Source of the DNA: Paecilomyces variotii
Lineage: Eukaryota
NCBI GenBank assembly: GCA_004022145.1
Contig: RCNU01000011.1
Direction: 5' to 3' (one strand)
Length of the DNA stretch: 64,000 nt
Each line of letters opens with the position of its first letter. Position 1 is the first letter of the stretch. The notes beneath the pieces were generated by a model. The model was given only the letters and a program-made list of their open reading frames with translations. It was not told the DNA's origin and did not search any database. Positions 26,079-37,746 of this stretch are shown here, piece by piece. A program made the translations under genes and the position numbers.

Positions 26079-27653
26079 CTATAGACCTTCTTTTGCAAGC
26101 ATATCTACAGAGATACTAGTCAGCAAGCTTACACGGAGAGCGCAATACGTCACTGCTTACCTGCAATATCAAGATAAAATGCAATGGCATTGAAACTGCG
26201 AGAACCATGTTAGTCAGTGGCAACAATAACGACCTTTCACCCTTAATGGATAGCTTCAGGGGGGGTTACTGACTGCCTTTTCCTCCCGACAAGCTCACTG
26301 ACCAGCCACTTGAGTCTGTTACTCCAGTTTATGAGGTCCAGGTGGCTCACGCCAACCAGAGTGCCCTTGTAGCTGCCCCATCTGCTGCTGGCGATGCTGA
26401 CCAAACCATCATTCGGTCCTTCCAACTGCTCAAGAATCCGATGCGACTGGCGGAAGACTGTCCAAAATCCGGGGTTAATCATCGCTCCGTACGAGTAGTA
26501 GCTTCAACATGTTAGCAGCAACGTTCATCCCAACCAACTCCATAACTGAACACTAACCGAACGTCCTCTACATCAGGCGTGTTGGGATTGAACGTCCCTT
26601 CCATATACTTCCGTGTAAGCTGGTCGAAAGCCCCAGTATCAATCCTCATCCGGTTAAAGGCGTAATAAATCTGGGGTAGACGATCGTCTGAAAAAAAGGA
26701 TGAGCTTGGTTTCGTCAATTTGACCATACGGACCACAAACCACCAATCCGCTCGAATATATAGTCCGCAATAGACGAACCTATATCTATCAGTTTCCGTT
26801 TTCATATTCCATCATGCGTGGACCGGCTGACCTCTATGCGGGGTTGCAATGGTCGTCAGCGACTTCACTTTGAACTCAGACGGCCTCAACCTGCTAAGCA
26901 TGTAACGAGAGTCAAGTCCTCTTTTTCAAAACGATTAGCTTCGCGACTTGCGACACCGTTGTCCAGAGTCCTCACCCCTAGAAAGCTGGTAAGCCATTCC
27001 TGTAGTCTAAATCGGGAACCCAGAAAGCCTACCATGCTATGACTTTACACCGTCCATAATTAGCATGTTATCCAACAACCGATCCCTGAGAAATGGGAAA
27101 ACCAACGCAATTATATTAACATGCTTCCCCCTCGCGCCCGCAGCAATATCCCTAGCGAGCTCTTCCGCACGCTGTTCAATCGATCCGGACGGAGGAACCT
27201 TAGCAGTAATAACTTCCACCCCTTTCATCGACAATGCATCCTTGATACCACGCCAGTATTGAATTGCCGGAAGAAGCGGCCCTGCTAGACGGAGCTCATC
27301 GAAGCCTAACAAGCCATGCGCAAGGACAATTGGATACTTCGGAGTCGCTGCGATAAGTAAAAAAACGGATCATTAGAACGTTTTCGAACAAGACAATCCA
27401 TTAGGGAATAGCCAATCCACGCACCATATTGTTCCCTAAGAACTGCATATTCATCCTTTATCAATTTTCCAAAATCTTCAAGACGCGGATCGGACTTCGG
27501 TGCTGTCTCGTCCTTTTGCGGCGCGCTTCCGCGCTGGGAGTATCCGAAGTAACGACAAGCGTTGCCGCGACATGATGGATACAGTCGGTGGGAGGAGTGG
27601 CAGATTCCAGTTAATGACTTGACAGCGTTCGGACGGATTGTAGCGTATTTCAT
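26079..27653 (-). CDS. tgl2: Tgl2-like triacylglycerol lipase (alpha/beta hydrolase), about 10 exons; start codon uncertain (27653, 27680 or 27818)
   Basis: PIVLAHGLLGFD, YWRGI, AHSMGGLDSRY (rebuilt across microexons), LTTIATPHRG, GPNDGLVS..SSRWG, HLDLINW, ends DMLAKEGL*. Confidence 0.85.
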
Positions 27654-28092
27654 CTTTTGTCTGGAGATCCGCGTTACCATGGTTGGGAATCTGCGACTCT
27701 TTAAGTGCCGCGAAACGCCCAATGACGCAACGGGTTCCGCGCCGCAGCCATGTGAAGATACCCCCTGCATAGGTACTAGAGTAGATACTACCGACAACCG
27801 CATTCGATATCGGCGCATTCCAGGTCTTCGGCTTAGATTCGTAGAACAATTGGTACATATTTAAATAACTACTAGATATGCGAAATTGCACCAACAGTCC
27901 TGGCCTACCAGCTGCTCTTGCTTACAGGGCCCATCAATGGAATCAAGAAGACGATATTGCATTTACATTTCAGACAGGGATGCTAATAGAGAGGAACATG
28001 ATGCGACCTCCCTCAAAACAAGTAACAACAAAGTGGGACGGGATATTCTCAAAGTATCCCACAAGCAATAACGAGCGCTCATCTCGCCGGAT

Positions 28093-28801
28093 CTATGCCT
28101 TGCTGGCGATCTTCTCAGGAACTTCGGTCTGGACGTTCACCACAGCGTGGAGCAGATCTTCGACAACCTTGTCGCCCTTCTCCGCTCCCAGCTTCTTGAT
28201 TTCCTCAAGCTTCGCCTCAGCTTCCTTATTAGCCTCTTCCTCGGCCTTCTTGTTTCCGCTCGAGTGCTATTTCGGGAAAGATATATCGTTAGTCCACCCT
28301 GAATACCAGTAAACTGCCAGGCCGCCCTGGTAGTTGGAAACTCTAGACATGAACAGCCAGCTCACCTCTGCCTCGAACTTCTTGAACTCTTCCTCCTTTT
28401 GCTTTCTGTAGTCCTCAATCTCCTTCTGTGCCTCTGTCTTTGCGTCCTTTACTCTCGTAGTGCGGTCTGGGTGACGAGTAGTTAGAATATGCCTCGCGAA
28501 TGCTCGATAGGTGGAAAGAGGGGTAGAAGTCTGTACATTCTCTGGCTAAACATCCTCGTCAGTATACGTTGCGCTAAATAGACAAGGGGTAACCTGGTAA
28601 CTCACCTTTCTGCACAATCTTCTGGGCTTCTCGTTCCGCCTGGAATAACCCATTAGTGAAACAGTTTCATTGTATTTCCTGAGTAGGTCGAGGGCCACTC
28701 ACGTCCAGCAACGTCTGGATACCTGCGGAGTTCTGGGCAGACTGCAAGGAAGGTTAGTAATTTCTCTGTGCACTGTGATCAAGCCACCGGAAACATACCA
28801 T
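28093..28801 (-). CDS. vma10: V-type ATPase subunit G; 6 coding exons, missed by the ORF track
   Basis: Spliced product MSAQNSAGIQTLLDAEREAQKIVQKAREYRTTRVKDAK.EAQKEIEDYR.QKEEEFKKFEAEHSSGNKKAEEEA...KIASKA*; ATG-only first coding exon and 9-nt exon 28537-28545. Confidence 0.95.
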
Positions 28802-29429
28802 CTTGGCGAATCGATCTCTATAAATATCAGTGAGACCGACGTCAAGAGGGTTATATCAGGTGGAGGTGCTGGAGATCGTGGAGCTGTGTAGTGACCGCAG
28901 CTCAGACACTCCGGGGCCGATCGAGGCCACGCCCATGCGGGCCTCGATTCTGCCGCTCCTCACCGCTATTTGAATACCTCGCAATCGCCGTGGCTTATCT
29001 CAGCAAGCTCAGACCCTCTAGCGAGATGCCCCCCCTACGGGTGGGCTTTTTGCTGTAATAGCCTATATTAGTGCATATACTAAAGACCTGGGCCAATAAT
29101 ATAATATAAAAAAACCCTCACTAATTTTTAGACTAATAGTAAGCTATATAATAAAAAATCTTATAAAAGGTCTAAAAATAATTAATTATAATTTATAAGA
29201 GATACTTAAATAATCTTATATAAAATTAAGTATTAATTTTTAATATTATATTTTATATCTTAAATTATATCTATTTAAGTTAAAAATAGGCTTAATTAAT
29301 TTATTTTAATCTTCTTTATCTCTAATATTTAATATAGAGCCCTAATCTTATATAAAAATATTTTAAAAATAATATCTAGAATTGCTATTATCTAATATAT
29401 CCTTAAATTATTTATTCTTACCTCCCGCA

Positions 29430-32093
29430 GAGATTATATTATTAAATAATCTTAAAATTAATAAGAATAAATATAAAAGGGCTTATACTAGGATAAAGAA
29501 TAATAATATTAATATTTATAATCTAGAGGGCTTAAATAAGTATCCTTTATATTAGACTTAGCAGAAACTATAGATATTTATTAATTATTTATATAATTAT
29601 TATTAGAGCTTTTAATAGTTTATATATATTTAGATTATATATTTTTTAGAGATTTAGTATTATTGCTATTATACTTATAAAATAAAATAAACTTTTTAAA
29701 AAGAGATATTAAATAAGATATTAAAGATTAATAATTAATATAATTTAGCTTCTATAGCTAAGATAAAGCTTAATAAGCTTATTAAATAATCTTATTTTAA
29801 GAAGTTTAATTATATTATTTTAATAAAGGATATTAATTTTAAAATTATTTTTAATATTATTTAAAATATTATTTTAAGATTATATAAGTTTCTCTATAAT
29901 TTATTAAGAAATTACTACACTTATTAATTAAGTTATATTAATTAATATAATAAAAAAAGTTTTTAATAGCGCCTATTTATTATTATTAATATAATCTATT
30001 ATTCTTAATATATAAAATAGTTAAACTATTTATCTTTAATATTTAATACTTATTTAATAGGCTTAAAAGTAAAATATTAAGTTATAAAAACTTTATTAGG
30101 TCTTAGGCTATATTATAATTATATATAAAGGAATTATTTAATAAAATAAATAGCAGACTATAAATAGATAGTTTAATTTCTATTCTAATATTTTATATAA
30201 GTAGTTTTAACTTTTATATACTTCTTAAATAACCTTTAAACTCCTAAATAATTAAAAGATTAATCTTAATTATAGTTATACTTATTAATTATAGAAAAGA
30301 ATCTATAAGCTATTATAATCTATAATAATATAAATTTTAAAGAAATAATATATAATAAAATCTTTAAGTATAAAGCTATAATATATGCAGTAATTATAGT
30401 AATAATTATATTATATTCTAATATCTTAGTAATAGGCCTATTATAAAATATATATAATCTAACTATTTTTTTTAATTTTTATAATATTATTAAGTCTTTA
30501 ATAATATATAGTAATAATAATAGTATTAAAAAGTAAATATCTAGCTTTCTTATATTAAATATAATTATAAAGATATATTTATCTTTTATTAAAAGAATAT
30601 TTAGATTAATTAAGTTAATAATACCTATTATATTAGAATTAGATTATCTTACTCTAAATTAAATATAATTTTAATAATTTAAAATAATCTTTAAAGATAA
30701 AAAGATTATTATTAAGACTTATAATATTTATAATAATATCTTTTTTTAATAATTATATCTCTATATTTCTTAAGAATTAGGAAAGCCTAATAATTTTAAT
30801 ATATGCCTTTAATTTATCTATAGCAATTAGCTTATAGTAGAGTATATTTAAACTATATAAACTAAGTAATTATATATTAAATTGCCTTATAATTAAAGGT
30901 AATAGCTTCTTAGAGTTCTTATATAATTTTATATTTAATTAAACCTATTAAATATAATAATATAGATATATTTTATACCTATAATATTTAGTTAAGAAGC
31001 ATATTATTATATTAAATCTAATATATCTATATAGGGATATAATTAAATAAATCTAAAGAACCCTAAATATTATTAATTAAAGCCAATTATTTTATAGAGT
31101 TTTATAATCTAAGTCTTAGCTTTATTTTATTATTTAATAAAGTATAAAAGATATCTTATAACTATTATTAATAACTCTCTTAAAAAATAATAAGAATATA
31201 ATTAAGTTATTAATATTTTAGCAGCTATAGATTACTTATAGCTTATTAAGAATATTTAATTTATAGTATTTATACTAAATATCTAGAAAGAGATTAATCC
31301 CTATATAAAAGAACTTATCTAAGATATTAGATTTTATTTTATATATCGGCTATTATAAGAAATTAAGTTATTTCTTATTATTTAATATGCTATTAAATAT
31401 AGTAATATTAGGCTTCTTTATTACTTAGTTAATCTATTAATTATTTATTTTTTTAGCATATCTTAATATAACTATAGTAATAAAATACTATATTACTAAT
31501 AATATCTATCTTTAGTTAATAATCTAGAGCTATAATATACTATTCTAATATTAGGTCTTATTAATTAGCAAGGTAAGCTTACTTATTTTAAAGTAATTAA
31601 TCTTAGCCTTAAGCATCTAAATATAAACTATAAAATTAAAATAAAAGCCTATTAAAATTCTATACATAATATAAATATTAGCTTTAACTAGGTTTATTTA
31701 ATAAATACTTAGATATAGAGTTTATAAAAAAGGATTAAGTCTATATTTAATTAATATATACTTAATTTATATATTATAGCTTCTATATTAGATAAGATAT
31801 TTTTATTAGCTTAAAATTTATTAATTAATAATCTTATTATACTAAGAGACTTTAAATATCTCTTTAATTCTTTAGCTCTATTTAACTTAGAGAATATCTT
31901 ATAGATTAGAATAAAATAACTTATTAAAAAGGTTAATTAGTCTAATAATAGCTATATCTATTATATAGAGATAATTGCTAGTATATAGTCTATTAACAAT
32001 AATAATATTAAGCATAATATTAGTAAATATACTATTATTATTAATAAATGCTATAATAGGATTTTTATTAATAATATTACCTTAAATATTTAA
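29430..32093 (+). pseudogene. RIP-destroyed Academ/DUF6589-type transposase (ends approximate)
   Basis: One frame gives, on reversing C>T/G>A: YL.GSGVKRRVIETL.GLGLC (~30050-30115), YDN.NF (30321), GDQLT (AGC AAT TAG CTT ATA, 30822-30836), WLLGVPAWFH (30903-30932), A.KHGD.GLL, LVNWQGK, and DLGLEHLN (31599-31622) followed by NSTHD. Confidence 0.8.
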
Positions 32094-32550
32094 TATTAGA
32101 TAAATATATAACCTATTTAATAATCTGTTAACTTTTTATAGGACTTACTAACTCCCTATAAGATTTAGGCTAATAAAAGAATAAGTATATAATAAAATAT
32201 ATAATATTTAATTACCTTAAACTTCTAAGCTAATATTAAGAGGGTTAATATATAGATTATATAATTCTTTACTCTCTTAAACTCCTAAATTAATAGTAAA
32301 AGATTTAATATATATTAATTAGCTAAGAAGCTCTATTATCCCTAGTAAAATAAAATAAGGTATAATATATAAAGATCTATATTAGCTATTTTAATAGACT
32401 AATTATATCTTTATTTAGCTATACTTTAAATTAGCTCTAAAATATATTGCCTAAATATTATTATATAAAGATATAGAATCTAATTTTAGTATTTTCCCCT
32501 CTCTTATTTATTAATATTAACTTAACCTAATAAATATAGTATATTAGCTA

Positions 32551-32785
32551 ATATTTATAATTAGGCCTTTTTAAGATACCTTAAAATATTTAGCTATATA
32601 GCCTACTAATTATTAAAGACTTAATTAAAGCTTACCTATAAAATAAAGTAATTAATATAAAGATTATTATATCTTTAATTAATACTTATAATTAAGCCCT
32701 TTTAAGATACCTTAAAATATTTAGCTATATAGCCTATTAATTATTAAAGATTTAATTAAAGTTTACTTATAAAATAAAGCAATTA
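32551..32785. repeat. Two 104-bp direct repeats (period 131) inside the transposon
   Basis: 32551-32654 versus 32682-32785: 8 mismatches, all transitions. Confidence 0.9.
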
Positions 32786-34499
32786 GAAGATAAAGCTTAC
32801 TTAATATAAATTAAATATTAGTATTTATTAAACTATAATAGCACTGCTATTAATTTTAAAAAAAAGAACCCCTTTTTAGTAATAAATATTAAGGAGAGAA
32901 TAGCAGTAGCAAGAGAGCCTATTTATATTATTTATTTAAGTTATAGCCTTTAATATAAGCAGCTAAGTAATAATAAATATAAATATCTCTTAATTTATAT
33001 ATCTATTAAGTATTCTTTATAAAATAGACCTAATATTCCTTATTATAAAACTAATAAGCTATATATTTATTTGTCTTAAAGAGTTATTTACTTAATTTAA
33101 TCTTTATAATATAGCTAATATAGCTAATATTATATTATTTATTAAGATTAAGATATTTCTAGTCCTTTTATTTAAAGGACTATTATTTTTTAATAGTTAT
33201 AGAGATATATATCTCTATTATTTTGCCTTTAAAGGTCTATATTTAAAATAAATATAGCTAATTAGCTATTTAAGACTAATTATATTATTCTTATATAAAA
33301 CTAAGAGTAAGTATAATAATATTTATTAAAGGCAGATTTATAATAATAAGAGTTATAGATATTAAAGATAAAGTTCTATTATAATAATATTAATATCTAT
33401 TCTCTTTTAATAATACTATTACTTATAAAAATATTTCTAAATCTTTACTTAAAATAGGCCTAATAAAATTATTATTATTATTATTATTATTATAATCTAT
33501 TTTAGCTATAAAAAATAGATTAAAAACTTATAGCAGACTCTTTAACAATAATAAGAAGGGTATAGATAGTAATAGACTTAAAGATAAAGAAGAGCTAAAT
33601 TATATATTTAGTTATTTTAATTTAATTTTGCTAATCTACTATTATTTTTACTAATTAATAAAAATAAAATAATAGGGAAAGGCTAGAGATTAGATATATT
33701 AATCTTATTTAATAATACTTAGAGCTAGTATATTATATAGAGAAGGGCGAGGCTCTACTTTAAATTAAAGAATTTCTCTTAAAATTATTATAATAATAAT
33801 AAATATTTCTATTTTATTAAAAAATATTATAATAAGATAGCTAAATATCTAGATTATAAGAGAATAGGCTATCTTAATATTTATTATTTTAAAAAAAAAA
33901 GAAAGAGTTAAAAATTTATAAGTATATTTATTTCTACTTAAATAAAGCTAATATCTAATAAATCTATTATATTATATTATATAAATATATATTATTATTA
34001 GCTAAAAAGAACTTAATACTTCTTAAAATTATCTAGAACTATTTAAAAATTATTAAGATAATTTAGAAGTCTATAAGATAATTTAGGAGCTAAGAAAATT
34101 TAGATATATCTATATAAGACTTCTATCTTAATATCTTTAATATTACTTTTTTAATATAAAAAAATTCTCTTTCTTAATTATTATTAAAGTTTTAATCTTT
34201 TTATTTTTTATTATAGGCATCTATATAAGCCTTTTATTAAAATTTTACTCTTATAAAGATTATTGCTTAATTAATATTTTTAATATTTAAGTAATCTATT
34301 TTTTTTAAAAAGATATTCTTAGAGAAAATAATAGCTTAACTAATATATTTATTACCTTTTTATTTAATCTATTTAATAAATTATCTAAGCTATTTAGTCT
34401 ATAGAGCTTTAAAAAAGTCTCCTATAATAATATTATTAGTATTTAAACTAATAAATAAGAGATTAAATACTTTATTTATAATTTTTTAATTATAATTTA

Positions 34500-36720
34500 T
34501 CTTATTAACTATATAATAAGAGAATTATCCTTTTATTAAATAAACTTAGCATATTCTTTTTTTATATTAAAGGAGATATCTAACTAATAAGTATTCTCTT
34601 ATTACTAGCTTTAGTCTAAACTCTAAGCTAATCTCTTAATTATATATAAATTAGCAACTTCTTAAGCTATATACTATAATTATTAGATTAAATTATTATT
34701 ATATAATTCTTTATACTGCTATTTTTAAACTAATAGAGCTTATATAATTAGCTTATTAAACTTTATATTAAAAGTTATTTTCTTTAAGCTATATAAAGCA
34801 GAAATTTATTATTAATAATCTTAGCTTATAAATATAGTAGATATTATAGGGAAATATTAATTTTAATATAGATATATTAACTCTACTTATAAAATAGCTT
34901 ATTAATTAAGTAATTCTAGAGTAATATTAATATAACTCCTATTATATAATTTTTTTATAAATTTCTTCTTTAATAGAGATATAGTAGAGGTTAAGATTTA
35001 AAATAGATTATATTTATTATAACAATCTTATACTAATAAAAAAGATATTTTAATATATAGTAATATTCTATTCTTATTTAAATAAGATAAAAATACTTTT
35101 TAATAATAAGGCTTATTAATAATTTACTTCTAATAAATAGAGAGTTTAAATTAATATTTTATTTCTTTTTAATTCTAATATCTCTTTTAAGATATAGATT
35201 CTTAGCTTTATATAGAGACTAATAATAAGATACTTTTAATCTTACTAATATTCCCTAATATAATTAACTTAAATAATTAACTATTTTAAGATTATAGCTT
35301 TAAGCTTTAAGTAACTATAAAAGCTAATGCTTATTTTATAAGTCTATTAATACTCTTTAAGTTAAAGGCCTAATATAGAAGTATAATATAGCCTTTATTT
35401 ATTTAACCCTTTTTATAGCTATTATATTCTATCTATTATTAGATATTATAGATATTTAAACTAATTAAGAACTTCTAGTTAATAATATACTTAATATTAG
35501 ATATATTAATTCTTATCTTAAGAGTAATTATTATTATTATAATATATATTTTAAATAAAATAGATTTAAATTTATTAAAGCGGATCCCCTAGTTATATAA
35601 TAAAATATATAATATAAAGGTTTAGATTATTATATTAACTAAATAAGAGCTATCTTTTATTCTAGAATACTAATAATTTAATAATAATAATATAGACTTT
35701 ATTAAAAGCATTTAATAAAGATATTTTACTACTATCTTAATCTTCTAAATATTATCTATAAAAATAATTATTTTTAGTATATATTTAAGTATTACTTTAT
35801 TATTTTTAATAGCAGTATTTAAAAGGAAATATAATATTTTAAAAGAAGATAACTTCCTATATAGAATAAATAAGATATAGATAAATATATCTATTTAGTT
35901 AATAGAGATCTAAATAATTTTAATTTAATAGGATTAATCTCTAATAGCTTTAAAGCCAGCTCTTTAAATAATTTCTTTCTTATTATTTTTAATAAATATT
36001 ATAAAATAATTAAACTAAATAATATCTTATTTTAAGATTAACTATAATTTACCTAATATAATAAATTTAAGCTAGAATATTTCTTATTATATAATTAAAT
36101 AGTATTTATTAATTATTATAAGACTAATCTTAGCTTATATCTTTAGCCTTAATAATATATCTAGAAAAAGCTTTAATATAGCCTATTTAAGGCTTAAAAG
36201 TATATATATATATACTAGCTTAGATATCTTAAATAAGATTATATTATTATTATTTAGTCTTATTATTAATAATATATAGCTTTATTTTTTAAAGCTTTTT
36301 AATATCTTATATTTACTCTTTAATAAGCTTATTTAAAGATATTATTTAAAGAATTATCCTTTTTATTATAATTAAAAATAAATAAAAGATAAGACTTTTC
36401 TTAAATCCTATTTATATAATAAGAAGAATATTATTATAGCTATATATTATTTATTAAAGATATTAAATCTACTCTAAATATAGGGAATATTTAGATCCTA
36501 GATTTATTACTTAAAATATATACTTTAAATAAGCTTTAATTATATAATATTAATAAGAAATACTCTCTTTATTAATAAATATATTAATTATTAATAATAA
36601 GTCTTTTAGCTTTATTTTTAATATCTTAGCTAATATTAAAGAGATAGTATCCCCTGCTAATATATTATAAGGTATAATATTCTTATAAAGTCTATATTAT
36701 TAACTTTATTTATTTAAATC
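34500..36720 (-). pseudogene. RIP-destroyed RecQ-like superfamily 2 helicase of the transposon (ends approximate)
   Basis: De-RIP reading gives RPEQ...D.LL.ARTGFGKSLIF (Walker A 36417-36394), P L.KL.EEQ, LLGPEQA, VAIDECH (DECH 36110-36099), ATVALGMG.D.PD (35534-35496), WQR.GRGGR (35441-35415), CRR and CC..CNP (35024-35004). One 2-nt slip in a (TA)n run near 36205. Confidence 0.82.
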
Positions 36721-37395
36721 CTTTAATCTTATTATTTTTACTCTATAGCTTAAGAGTTTATTAATATTTAAATATATTTTTATTAATTAGTCTAAGAGTT
36801 TATAAAAGATTAAATATAAGATAAAATATTATATTTAAGTAATATTAAGGCTATAAAATAATATTAAGATTTAAATATACTGCTTAGTAAAATTAAATAT
36901 AGCAACTTTAATATTATAATTATATATTAATAAAATATCTTAATATATTAAAATATATATAAATTAAAATAGAAATAATAACTAAATCTATAATATTTAA
37001 CTCTAACTAATTTAATTTAAAGTTAGTAGAGTTATTTATTATTAAAGTTAAATAAAGCCTTAAAAAAATAATTAAATTAATATTATTTACTAATAAACTA
37101 TAACTATTTATTCTTAAACCCTTATTAAAAAAATTTTTATTATTATTATATTAGGTTTAGTATAGCTGCCCTAATATTATTAGCTTAAATTTTTAAGCTA
37201 GTTTGTACTAGTTTCTAAATAGTATAGTTGAAGCACTAATTCTTTGGCGAGGGTCTGAGCTTGCTGAGATAAGCCGTGGCCGGGGTCTGAAATGTCCGCT
37301 CCGATTATAAAAACCAGAAATTCGCTGTATTTCTCGTATTGCAGTCTTACGAGAGCTCTGGTCATCATCGGAGGAGCCAATTGCTAATATCAGAG

Positions 37396-37746
37396 ATGTC
37401 GCGAGCTTCGAAAGTGACCTTGGCGCTCACAACGGCTGCAACCGCGGGCATAGTCTACTTTGTCCACTGGTCCCAGGAAGCCGACAGAGCAGTAAGTGAT
37501 GACGCCAACTCTTTAGCCCTTACTTATAGTAATCTATTCTATACATATTGTGCTGACTTTTATATCCCGTAGGCAATGCATGCTGGTGTGGAACGAGACG
37601 TCGAGCGGCAGCGCATAAAACAAGAACGGCAGGCCGAATTTGAGATGCAGAGAAGACTAGAAGAGGAGTACCGAAAGATTCAGACGGTATCTGATAGTGT
37701 CAATGATAGCTCAGAAGGAGGAAAGAACATAGGCCAGAGAACGTGA
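37396..37746 (+). CDS. pet117: Cytochrome c oxidase assembly factor Pet117; 2 exons
   Basis: MSRASKVTLA...IVYFVHWSQEADRA / intron 37492-37572 / AMHAGVERDVERQRIKQERQAEFEMQRRLEEEYRKIQTV. Confidence 0.92.

Larger units (their letters stand above)
28995..37272. mobile_element. Full-length RIP-inactivated AcademH-type DNA transposon (8278 bp)
   Basis: Perfect TIRs TTATCTCAGCAAGCTCAGACCCTC at 28995-29018 and its reverse complement at 37249-37272; GCCGTGGC direct repeat at 28987-28994 and 37273-37280; AT-rich interior depleted of CpA/TpG/CpG; relic transposase and RecQ-like helicase frames inside. Confidence 0.88.

Noticed and set aside
35570-35600. Apparent LGDP.Q SF1-helicase motif on the minus strand
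   Set aside because: It is in a different frame from the one carrying the ordered SF2 motifs; coincidental.
29050-37230. Centromere or LTR-retrotransposon interpretation of the AT-rich block
   Set aside because: It is a single TIR/TSD-bounded unit with transposase and helicase relics; no LTR pair or RT/integrase motifs were seen.
28995-37272. Starship or Helitron
   Set aside because: No tyrosine-recombinase captain or Rep/Pif1 motifs were recognised; the helicase is SF2 (DECH) and the ends are symmetric TIRs.
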